Shown: one piece after another, positions 35,401 to 46,900 of the stretch
Layout: each line of letters opens with the position of its first letter
How positions within the stretch are numbered: position 1 is the first letter of the stretch
DNA from: Ministeria vibrans ATCC 50519
Taxonomy: Eukaryota; Protista; Filasterea
Length of the DNA: 64,000 nt
NCBI GenBank assembly: GCA_943704425.1
Contig: CALSCP010002236.1
Coordinates: 1 to 64,000, forward strand
Direction of reading: 5' to 3'
Position numbers and translations under genes: made by a program
The notes under the pieces: model-generated
Database searches by the model: none
Seen by the model: the letters and a program-made list of their open reading frames with translations, nothing else
What the model was told of the DNA's origin: nothing

Positions 35401-37638
35401 TCAAGTCTCGCATCGCAATCGACTCGGAACGACCGGCTGAAGTAGTCGCAATCATCGAGTCGTCATCTGTCAGTCGACTCGACGTCTTGACACATGACGG
35501 GAAGAGACGTGCCCACACGGAGGTGCGACGACGCCGTTCCTCGGCATGAATGCGCTCACGTTCCTCCTCCTCCGCCTGCGCAGCGGCATCACGTGCCACC
35601 ACAAGAAAGACCTCCTCAAGCGAAGTCGACGACAGACTGTAATGCTCGACGCCCAGTTGCGTTTTGGTCTCGTCAAAGTCACGGAAAATGGCACCGTAGC
35701 GTGACTTGTGCTCGTGGGGCAAAACAAAAGTGATCTCACGGCCAAGTGCTGAGTGGACGGTGCCCTCGGCGCCGTGTTTGCGGAAGAAGGGCAGCATGAT
35801 TTCGTTGGCGTAGACGAGGGGCGCAAGCTCCGTCACAGGTGCAGTGGAATCGTCAAGTGGTGTGTCGGCGTCGTCATTGACGCCCTGTTGTTGTTGTTGT
35901 TGTTGTTGTTGTTGTGAGAGGGGTGAAACGATACGTTGGATGACCACCTGGTAGCCAGCACCAAAGTGGTGCTTGAGAAAGATGCTTGAACCGACGCACT
36001 GGAGACGACCGTGTGCAAGCATGGCAATGCGATCGGCAAGCACATCCGCCTCGTCCATGTGATGTGTGGAGAGCAAAATGGTACGTCCCATCTTGCGGAA
36101 GGTCGTGATGATGTCCCAGATCTGACGACGCGCCGACGGGTCCACGCCTGCCGTGGGCTCATCAAGCACAACCACTTTAGAGCCACCGAGAAAAGCAATG
36201 CCGACACTTAAGCGACGCATCATGCCACCGGAGAGCTCGTGAGCGCGCGACGATGACTTCTCTTCAAGGTCCACCATGCGCAGCATGAGTGAGACCTCGG
36301 CAGCAATGTCACCATCGGGCACTCCCTTGATGGTCGCGAAAAACTCGAGGTGTTCGCGCACCGTCAGCAGATCAAAGAGGGTATTGTACTGTGGACAGAG
36401 TCCCAGCGAATCGCGTGCAGCCGCAATGTTGTGTGTCACAGAGTGCCCATTGATAAACACATCACCCGACGTGGACGGATACAGACCCGTCATAATAGAC
36501 ATGGTCGTCGTCTAACACGGAAGGAAGATGTGAGAAAAAAAATTTCTTAAGAAAAAAGAAAATCGTACCTTTCCAGCACCGTTTGTGCCAAGAAGGGCAG
36601 TGACATGTCCCTGGTAAAGATCGAGGGAGACGTCGCGCAGAGCCACTGTGCCATTGCTGGGGTACACCTTCTTGAGGTTGACAATGCGCACGCCAATGGG
36701 ACGTGTGGTATTCAGCTTCTCAAAGGTCACTGCGCCGACCTCGCCGACCTCGCCCGGGGTGTGTGTGACCGTGTGCGTGTTGGAGGAGGATGAGCCGGTG
36801 GACGAGGCGGGGGACTCGTGGGCAAGCATCTTCACGGTGCTGTCTGCTGCTTTGGCATCGGTTGTATCGGGAGCAACGGCATTCGCTTGGGCACTCGAGA
36901 GGGACCAGTAGGAGCGCTGAAGTGGGAAGTACCAGGGACGAGGAACGCCAATCTGACCGGGCCATACGGCCGAGATGTACCAGGCAAGGACAAGGTAGAG
37001 AATTGCGTCGATGATGTAGAAGGCAAAGACGTCGACCATAGTGAAAGATTGTCCGAGAAACGGTGATTGGTTGACGTTGTGCCAGTGCAGACCAATGCCC
37101 AGTTCCTCCCAGCGCGCAATGTACGAACTGCCAATGCCAAAGTTAGTCGTGGACACGAGCGCCGCCAAACTGACAGTTGTCTTGGAGAAGTCGCGCAGAC
37201 CACGCTCGACAAAGATGTACGGGAGATAGGAACAGAAGTAGATAAGACCCGCAACGGCCGCGGCAATGCGCGCACGGGAGAAGAACACAGAGAGCAGATA
37301 GGAGAGTGCAACGGTCGCAAAAGAGAAGAGCAAGAAGGACACAAAGACGGGCCCAAACGATGAGTTTGGCATAATCTTGCCAAACTTGATGATGAGCGTA
37401 ATGAAGAGAATGGACACAGTCGTCACAATGACACTCGTGATGAACCATCCCAGCCATAGCACAAAAGGTCGCATTCCCATCATCATCATTGCTTCCTTCA
37501 GACGGCTCTCCTGAGGTCCAGAAAGCAAACAATGAGAATCAGTGAGAGACATAAATAATTATATTTTTATTTTCTTTTTCGTTGTTTTTTTCTACCTTTT
37601 CAGCGACAACTGATTTAGTCATTAGACTCACAGTCTAT

Positions 37639-37674
<36 letters not shown>

Positions 37675-37813
37675 CGTATTAATAAATAAGAAGAGGAAAA
37701 CCAAACGAAATAGTGCTCGCTCAAACGATGATACATCAAACTCTGCGTCACTGTCACTTTCACACACTTTCTGTCTGTCTCTCTGCCTCTCTCTATCTCT
37801 CTCTCTCTGACTG

Positions 37814-37852
<39 letters not shown>

Positions 37853-38870
37853 CGTACGTAGATCCAAGCGAGGGTCATAAAGAGGGGCAGAGTGGTTGAG
37901 ATGGCGCCAATAAAGTCATCGGCAATGTACTCGGGATGGGGGAACCGCTCAATGTTGAGGAAGATGTCGCTGGTGGAACGACCCGAACGCAGTTCGATGA
38001 TGGACCGGTCGATAAGGTCTTGCATTGTGGGTGCCCAGGAGTCCCAGTAGCGGGCGGAGGTGAAGGGTCCCTATGCACACAGACAAGACAAGATACACTA
38101 TTATTGACTGGCAATGCATTGCTGCCATCTGAGCGCACCTGAACGTCCCAGTCGGGGTACTGGAGTGTTGTGTCACGACACTTATTGGAAGGGGGGCGGA
38201 TAGTGTAGGCGACGTTGAGGGACGAGGAGAGGTTTGTCGAGGGAAAGACCACGCCCAGATAGACACTGTTGGGGTTGGCGATGGCATAGGCGACCAGATC
38301 CTCTTCCGAGCCGAATCCGATAAAGAGCGAATCAAGGGTGCCGGCCGACACGCCGCGCGTGGTCTCCACCTTGGCCTGCACCAGCCCCATGACCGTCTCA
38401 ACGTCGCTTGTGTTCGTGTGCGGTGAGTACAGAATCGCCCGACTGAAACTCGACGCAGTCTTCTGCGAGCCTTCGCACAGACTCCCCGGCGTCGTCATCA
38501 TGCACCACTCGGAAAAATAGTCCTAAGCAAAGAAGCCATAGAGAAACAGGCAGTGTGCGGGTTTTTTGGTGGTGTCAGAGATGTATGGGAATTTTTCTCG
38601 AATCGACGAAGGGACAAAAAAAAAGAAGATGACACAGCGAGCACACAGCCATACCGGTCCACGTGTTGTCTTAGTGACGGACGCACGCACGAGGGCGAGC
38701 AGCACGAAGAGGAAGATGGGCAGGAACAGCTCAATGCAAAGGGCGCACGGCCGACGGGTCTTGAGACGGCGGCTCTTGGTCAGCACCGCCCCTAGCTGCC
38801 TCAGCGCGCCGCGTCCCGCCCGCGCATCAACCTCTTCGATAGGCAACGGAGCGCCCGCTGATGTGCTCAT
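32499..38870 (-). CDS. ABCA: ABC transporter subfamily A, full size, multi-exon
   Basis: IELFLP TM1, AEK|[11 protein letters not shown]1 [25 protein letters not shown]2 [25 protein letters not shown]-terminal [16 protein letters not shown]. Confidence 0.96.
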
Positions 38871-38981
38871 CGATGTAGATAAAAATTGTGAGATTTATGA
38901 TAAGAATTAAGATGACAATGGCTCACACTCAGTCTCACTGACTCTCACAGCTACAGTCGGCTCACTTCTGTTTCTCCTACG

Positions 38982-39426
38982 ATGTCGTTTCTCTCCAGCG
39001 ACTCGGTCGTCCACAACGAGTCGGGCATGGACCTCCTCTGCTCCGGCTACATGAAGGACGCCATGGGAGTCATGCAATACAGGTTTGCTTTCGCTCATGA
39101 CTTCCTCCTTCCTCCTTTGTCTCTTGCGCCCCCACTCCTGCCCACCCCCGGCTTGGTTTCTTACACAGCCGCTCGTGCTGCTGGTTGCACTCACCCACCC
39201 ACTCACTCACTCTCTCTCTCTCTCTCTGTCTGTCTCTCTCTCTCTCTCTTGTCGTTCGTTCAGAGTGACCATTCGCATTAACCATCCGTCGTACTCTGCG
39301 CCCGGCGAACGCGCCGAAACCTCAATTGACAGGCGCTACACCGAATTCCGCGATATGTACACTAGATTGCGCGCTGCGACGAGCCTGGCGCTGCCGCGCT
39401 TCCCCAAGAAGAAGCTGCGACATAAG
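38982..39426 (+). CDS. 5' part of a PX-domain protein, truncated at repeat/gap
   Basis: Two exons: ...MQY|RVTI...IDRRYTEFRDMYTRL...LPRFPKKKL. The last PX helices are missing. Confidence 0.7.
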
Positions 39427-39439
39427 GTGCGCACGCCAG

Positions 39440-39442
<3 letters not shown>

Positions 39443-39512
<70 letters not shown>

Positions 39513-39653
39513 AACTCTCTCTTGAACTCTCTTGAACTCTCTTGAACTCTCTCTCTTGAACTCTCTTGAACTCTCTCTCTTGAACTCTCTCTCTCTCTCT
39601 TGAACTCTCTCTCTCTTGAACTCTCTCTCTCTTGAACTCTCTTGAACTCTCTT

Positions 39654-39704
<51 letters not shown>

Positions 39705-39880
39705 NNNNNNNNNNTGTGGTGTGTGTGGTATATGTGGTGTGTGTGTATGCGTGTGTGGTATATGTGGTGTGTGTGGTATATGTGGTGTGTGTGTATGCGT
39801 GTGTGGTATATGTGGTGTGTGTGGTATATGTGGTGTGTGTGTATGCGTGTGTGGTATATGTGGTGTGTGTGTGTGTGTTT
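39443..39880. repeat. (CT)n with TTGAA interruptions, 10-N gap (39705-39714), then a GT-derived minisatellite (GTGTGGTATAT/GTATGC units)
   Basis: Visible arrays and N run. Confidence 0.95.
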
Positions 39881-39950
39881 TCTCTGCCTCTTGTGTATGT
39901 GTGTGCTAGGTGCTGACTTTTGTGATTGCTGACTTTTGTGATCTCTGTAG

Positions 39951-40570
39951 GCGCTGGACTCCAAGGCAGTGCCAAAGCTGCTTGATTTGCTGTCCCGCCC
40001 TGCATTTCCGGGTGTGGAGAACATTTCGGGAGTCAAGGTAGAAGAGCAATGCCACACACACGCATACCTAACTCATCTCTCCTGTGTTACAGGCGCATAT
40101 TGTGCAAGCGATCAAAGCAATGACAAACGACCTTGAATACGGAGCAGAGGTAGGAGGACAGCAATCACTCAATCGCTCAAAACTCACATATATATTATAT
40201 AAATACGGCTTTGTCTTGTTCTCTGTCTATCTGTTTTCATAATAATTGTTATGTTTTTTTTCTTCTCTTTTCTCGCTTTCCCTCCGCTCAGGTGACCGCA
40301 CTGCTGGAGGGCAATGCCGTGTGGGCACAGTACAAGGACCAGAAGCACGATCTCTTTATCACCAAGACCTCCATTGCCGGCTATCTCACTGGTCCCACCA
40401 GTGGCCCTGTTGTACGTCACACACGCACACTAGATTTGTGTATTGTTGACACTCTGCACTATTGTCGTTTTTTTTAGGGTTATCTCACTGCGGGTCCTTC
40501 GTCAACACTGTCGAGCAAGCCAGCTGCGTCGCAGAACGAGCCACCGCCAATTGAGAAGGATGATGAATGA
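39951..40570 (+). CDS. DNAJC13: RME-8/DNAJC13 C-terminal four exons (piece 3 of 3)
   Basis: ALDSKAVPKLLDLL...VK|AHIVQAIKAM...YGAE|V..VWAQYKDQKHDLFIT...AGYLTGP...|GYLTAG is the conserved RME-8 C-terminus. Phase-0 acceptor matches the donor at 20495. Confidence 0.93.
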
Positions 40571-40772
40571 TTCGGGAGCGTGTGTGCGTGAAAGAGAGAG
40601 AAAGAGAGATTACAAGCAAAAATATTCAAAATTCAAATCAATTTTTCTTCTATTATTATTCGTTCCGTTGGTCGCCGACTCACCCGCAGTGTGAATTCTC
40701 ACACTTTCTGTGTTCTCACACTCCTCATTTTTGGCATCGATCGATCGTAGCTTGGATTCTTCAGTCGTGGCA

Positions 40773-43652
40773 ATGGCACTACTTCTGAGTGACATTGATG
40801 TCCTTGAGCGACGAATGTACGACTCCCTCGCCCACCCAGCTCATTTCACCCGATGCTGGTCTCCTCTTAGAGATGCGTTGAAGGCGACGAGCACGCCAGA
40901 GAGGATTGAGTATGGCCACATGACTGTCCGTCACTCACTGTCAAAACAATCTCAAAAATATTCAAAATGTTCAAAACAAAAACCCAACACATCAACACCT
41001 GTAGAACGTGCGAGCGGGAGATTGCCAGACTCGAAACCGAAACGGAGGGTGTCAGCGACGATGCTGATCAGGTATTGGGGACTGTACATGTCGATTCGTC
41101 CGTCTGTAACCTCTTTCTGTACTTAGGTGTTGTGCGAAGAGCGTCTTCGCGAACTTCGCGTCAAACTCAACGAAATGCGAACACCCACAGTGCCGATTAT
41201 AAGTGAGGAAGGCGATGAAGACAGCGTGGAGCAGCAGTACTTGCAACAGTTCAACGACGACGACGACGATGTCGATCTCGAGGGCGACGATTCGCTAACC
41301 ATTTCCACGTCCACTGTGTCGCAGCAGGAGCCAGCTAGTGCAGACGAGCCGGTGCCTATTCATACTAATATTGTGGCCGAGCATGCTCATCGTGGTGAGA
41401 GACATAGCCATGACATCCAAGCCAACGGGATTGGTGATGAGGTGGCTGCGGATGAGGTCGAAGAGGCAGACGGGGTTGACGAAAGGGAGGAGCCGTCGCT
41501 GGGCGACGAGTCGGTGTACACGGTGGAAGGCAACGATGAAGGCATTCCCTACATTGCGGTGGCTTTGTACGCGTACGAGGCGCAGGATGAAGAGGAGCTC
41601 TCCTTCCAGCCCGGTGATCGTTTCTACATCATTGACAAGAGTTCCGACTGGTGGTGTTGCAAGCGAGTCGATGGCAATGGAAACGAAGGCTTTTGTCCCT
41701 CCAACTTTCTCGAGGTATAATTATATCACAGTATACACGAATAATAATAATAATAACAGTAACAATAATAATAATAATAATAACAATAACAGTAACAATA
41801 ATAATAATAATTATAATAATAATAATAATTTTATTATAATAATTATTATTATTAATATGAGACTGATCAAAAAAAAAACCGATTATTCTGTTATGGCTCG
41901 ATATCGAGTGGTTATCTGGGCCTGATAGCCCGTTTTTTCCACTTTCTTTTGCACCGTTGATCACCCAATTTGGTGCACAACTTCCACTTCTCGCTTGCGT
42001 TCCAAAATCCCCTCTTTGTGACAAACAATAGCAAATCACAAGTTTCAAAACGTTTTTACTCGATATCGAGTTTTTGAAAAAAATCGGGGTTTTTTTTGAT
42101 CATATTTTGATAATAATAATAATAATAATTATTATTATTATATTTTTTTTTGTAGCTGCAATTGGACGACTCGCACGGAGATGTAAACGTGGACGTAAGC
42201 ACACACAGAGCATCGGACGAGGGATCGCTCGATCGCGAGCACACGCAATCACACGCTATGGGCGCACCCATGCATGGCGGCGCTAGTAGGACTAGTAGGG
42301 CACATGGTAGTTCACACGCCACGTCCAATGAAGACTACCTCAAGAGCTTTGCAGGCCTCCCATCCGGCTTCCGCGAGACCTCTCTGCTTGTCTCAGTTGC
42401 AGGGCCATCCGCAAGCATCCGCCCGTCCTTGAGCGAGCTGCACTCGCGCCCGAGTGCACTCGCGCTCGATTTTACCAGTGCCCACTCGACTGGCTCCGGG
42501 ACGCCTCGACTGCGTGCGTCCACGCCACGCACCGACCGCCTTGTCACTGTTATGGACGCGCGCAACATGCCACAGCTGAACACTGCGTCGACCAACGTCA
42601 ACGTGTCGCTGCACATTGGGCTCTGTCGTGTCGTCGTGTGCGACCGCGACCAGGGCACATTTGGCTCCAATACCCTTACAGTGAGTGCAGCCGACGTTTG
42701 CGATGGACCTCGCTGGTCGTTTGTGCGCAAGAGCAAGAGCCGTCCAAGTCACGAGCCACGCGATCGATCCTTTATTGTCCGATCGGACGGCGACCCCGAC
42801 CGACTCAGTCTGGTGTTTGAGCTGGCTCTCTCGTACACAGGCTCCGTGCGTGGGCAGGTCACGTGCGGCTGGGCCATGCTGCGGTTGTCTGAGGCGGCGC
42901 TCAATCGCACCCACGCACTTGATATTCACGGTGGACTGCCCTTTGACGACGCGGGCATTCCCATCGACGCTGGTGCCCGTGCGCGCTCCGCCGACCGACA
43001 CGCCTCGTCCAAGGCAGCGCGGCTTTACGTGAAGACCTCCGCTGTCCCTCGCTCATCTCGCACTGACCTCGCTCTCATGCCCTCGCCCGCTCTTCTTCCC
43101 CTCCACGCAGTGCCCGTCGTTGCAGCGTATCGCGAGGCAGCCCTCGACGCGCTTATTCCAACTAACAACTCACGCTCTCCCTCAGCTGCCACCTCTGGCG
43201 GCGCTGGCACTCATGGCCATCATGGCCATTCTGGGGGTAGTGGTGGTACAGCTCTTAGCTTGCACCTCGACTCGTCCTTCGCACCTTCTTCGAACATTCT
43301 TCTTGCAGCCCTTCCTGTGCTTGCCGATGACCCTGAGCTTTTTGGGGCTCTGTCGGCATTGTGGTCCGAGCGAGGGCGACTCTTTAAGCGCAGCGACAAG
43401 AAGCCCCGCGAAACGCGCACCGAGCATCTCACGCGTGTTGTCGTTGACTTCCTTTGGCCACTCGTGCACTGTCCGGTCATTGCTCAGAGTCCCACCGACC
43501 CTCGCACACTCATGGAGGAGCACAAACGTCACGATCTCATCCGCGACTTTGTGTCTAAGGGCTCACCAAAGGGACTCGCTCTGCCCACGGGCGCCTTTGC
43601 CAGCGAGCCTTTTGATGTTGCCGAGACTCTTTTTGACGTCACTCTCATGTGA
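40773..43652 (+). CDS. NPHP1: Nephrocystin-1 (coiled coil, acidic tract, SH3, nephrocystin homology domain)
   Basis: SH3 ALYAYEAQDEEELSF...WW...GFCPSNFL. NHD motifs PSGFR, FIVRSD, LVFELALSY, CGWAML, IHGGLPF, EPFDVAE. Confidence 0.85.
41718..42150. repeat. (AAT)n-rich intron of NPHP1
   Basis: Visible arrays. Confidence 0.9.
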
Positions 43653-43904
43653 ATTTCAAACGCCAAACTAAATAATTACTCATACTAGTTTATTTTATTC
43701 TTAATCAATTTATTATTATTAAAGCGAAAAAGAAAATTAATAATAATCCTTATTAAAATATTATTAATATTTTATTTTTATAGTGTACTCTCCTCCAGCT
43801 CTCTCTCACCACTCACAAACGTACTTCTCTCTCTCTCTCTATCACTTTGACTCTTTCTCCCTCCTCCCTCTCTCTCTCTCTCAATGATAGTTCTTTCACG
43901 ATCC

Positions 43905-46900
43905 TTAGAGGTAGTCATCATCATAGTCATCATGATGATCCTCAAACCGGAAAATGTCGTTTGAGGGTGCCGTCTTCAGGATGGGCTTAGGAGGCGCCTT
44001 GGCACTGCTTGCGGTCGAGCGCGGGGCACCTTCATTGGCCACCTTGGGACCTTCGTCAAAGGTGACACGCGAGCTTCGACGCTCCATCGGTGTGGTCGTG
44101 CTCTCGTATGTGTCGACAAATCCAGCAGGTCCTGCGTAGGCCATAGGGTCACCGTCTTGTGCTGCCATGGCGCTAAAGTCAAGACCTCGACGGGTGTCGG
44201 TGGTGTCCATTGGATCGAGCGGATCGAGGTCCACCAGGTCGCTCTCAGGCTCAAAATGGAAGGCCGACGAGGTCCCGGCCGCCGCCACTGGCATGTTCAC
44301 ATTGGCCTGTGTGTAGCTGTCGCGGATCGACGAAGTTGTCGAGGAGGGGCGAGCGCCTCGGCTGACGGGCACGTCGGGGTACGATGAGAGTGGCGCGCGC
44401 GCGTTGTAGGCACCCATCGAAGTGTCGTCCATCGCCGGAACCATGTGTGAGTTTTGGCTGTTGCTGCGGCCCACAGGTGCTCCAAAGCTCGCAATCTCAG
44501 AGTCACGGTACGACGATCTCGACGCTAGCTGCTCCTGCGGCGACCCTGGCTGCTGCTGTTGCTTCTTCTTCTTCTTCTTCTTCTCCATGGGGTCTTCACG
44601 AGTGCCATAACCCATGTTTTCGATGCTGTCATAGTCGTGTTCAACAGGCGCGGCTGGCAGCACGCCAGGCGTAGGACCCAGGTCCTGACGGCTGTCCTCG
44701 TCGACGTAGGCAAACGACGATGCCACCTGGTTGCCCACGAGCAGGTCGCGGGTCACCACCACAGCACCATCCTCAGCGGCAGCACGCACCTCCTGGCGTC
44801 GATTTGCCACGTAGTTCAAAGGCTCGCCAAAGCGCTCGTAGGCATCGTCCTCGAGCGCGCCAAACATGGCACGACGTCGCTTCTCTTGCTCGGCCGCCTC
44901 GCGCTCCGCCTTGAGCTGATTCTCGCGCTGCTTCTGTCGTTCCTTCTCAAGCTCCGCCTGACGGAGACGCTCTTGCTCTGCAATAAACGTGAGGTGTGCC
45001 GCTCGCTCGGCGGCCTCCTGCTCTTCGCGTTGGCGGCGCTTCGCCTCCATCTCTGCACGTTTTTGGCGCTCCGCATCGGCACGTCGCTGCTCCTCCGCCC
45101 GGCGACGGTTCTTCTCCTCCTCCTCTTCGCGTGCGGCGTTCTTAGTCTCAATGGGCATGCCGTACACATCTACGCCGTCAATGGGGTTTCCGTAGATGTC
45201 GACGTTGCCCGCTGGCGCCGTCATTTCCGTCGAGCCGCGCCACGACGAATGACGGTCGCGCAAGTCTTGCAAGTGACGATCCTGTTCCGAGTCAAACACC
45301 TTGCTTTGAACTTGAGCCGCCTTGCGCTCGGCCTCGAGCAGCATGCGCTCACGCTCAATGGCCGCAGCCATCTCGCGCTCGCGCCCCGCCGACGCCGCCG
45401 CTCGTTCGCGAGAAATGCGTTCACGTTCGCCCGTAAGTGCCGCCAGCTCCTCCTCTTGCCGTCGCAGTGCGGTCTCCGCGTCGCGGTGATGGCGCAGCTC
45501 GTCGTCCTTCTCGGCGGCTGCGCTCTTCACCAGCGGATTGCTCGCCAGCTCCATCATGTTCTGTTCCATCACGTACGGCTGGTAGATGCTGTTCTTGCGA
45601 TCGCGCTGGCGTCGCCTGTCGCGACAGCAGCAGCACCAGCAAATAAGAATCAGCAGCAGAAGCAGCAGTGCGAGACACACCGCGAGCACAATCCACTTCC
45701 AGCTGTCGCTCGAGCTTGACATCTGTCCTCCTGAGCCACCGTCGCCGCCGCCCGACGACGGGCTCACTGTCAGTGGGAAGGTACCGCTGTTGCTACCGCC
45801 CTGGTTGCTCACCGAGAAGGCCACCGTAAAAGGTGCGGTGCCAGTGGACGAGCCGGTGGCACGTCGGCGCGACGTAGCACTGATCTCCTGCAATGGCTCC
45901 AGCCAAATGAGCGTGCCGTTGCTCGGATCCATCACCATGCCAAGCGGACCCGACGTGAGTGTCCACACGTTGGTGCCGCCCACGCCTGAGCCCGCCTCAA
46001 GCTCAATCTTTAGGTAGTAGGGCGTGCCTTCTTCGGCCGCCGTCACATTGGGCAACGCATACGACGATGTGTCCACAACGGGTGCCGACACGCTGAGTAG
46101 AAGGAAGGAGCCGGTGCTGCAGGAGACGGCATTGCACACTTGCGCCGTGACGTTGTACAAGGTGACACTCGCAACGGGGCTTGGCCAGAGCACGTCGCCC
46201 GTTCCCGGATTCACGGACATGCCCGTCGGCGATTTGGTCAGTGTCCACACGAAGGGCCCTGTGCCCGACGGGGTCGCCAATGCCACAGTGTACGGCGTGC
46301 CGTGAATGGCAGTTGCCGAAGTGGGCAGCGACGCCGGATTGAGCACCGCAATTTCATTGACAATGGCCGTGAAGGTGACGGACGACGTTGCAATTTCGTT
46401 GGTGGCACTCACCACAATGGAGTAGGGGGTCGTGCTTGCCACCGTGTTAGGCCACACAATGGCACCCGTCGCATTAATGGTCATACCGCTTGGTCCGGTC
46501 ACCTGCCACACAATGGTGCCCGTACCCGAGGTGAGCGTTGGCTGCGTGCGGAACGTAGAGCTAGCCTCAATGGCGACGCTGGAAAGCGAACTCGCCAGAA
46601 TTGCAGGTTTGTCAAAGATGTGCAGGGTTACGGTGGCCGTGTCTGAGCTAATGGCATTGGTGACTCTCACTTCCACCGTGTAGGGTGTGTTGCTGGCGAC
46701 GGGCGACGCCCACGACACCTCGCCGCTCAGCGAGTTGATGGTCATGAGAGCAGGCGCCGTGACAAGCGACCAGGTGGGTGTTGAGGCAGCACCACTTGAG
46801 AGCGCCGGGCTCAACGTAAACAGTGTGTCGCTGGCGTGCTGCACCGTTGCCGTCGGCAACAACGCATCGTTGATGGTGACCACATCAAAGACGTAAACTA

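Noticed and set aside
39715-39880. Regular repeat array considered as CRISPR or telomere
   Set aside because: No unique spacers or cas genes; units are GT-microsatellite variants inside an intron.
39322-40057. ORFs with (RE)n, (HT)n and (CV)n repeats
   Set aside because: Translations of microsatellites, some crossing an N-gap.
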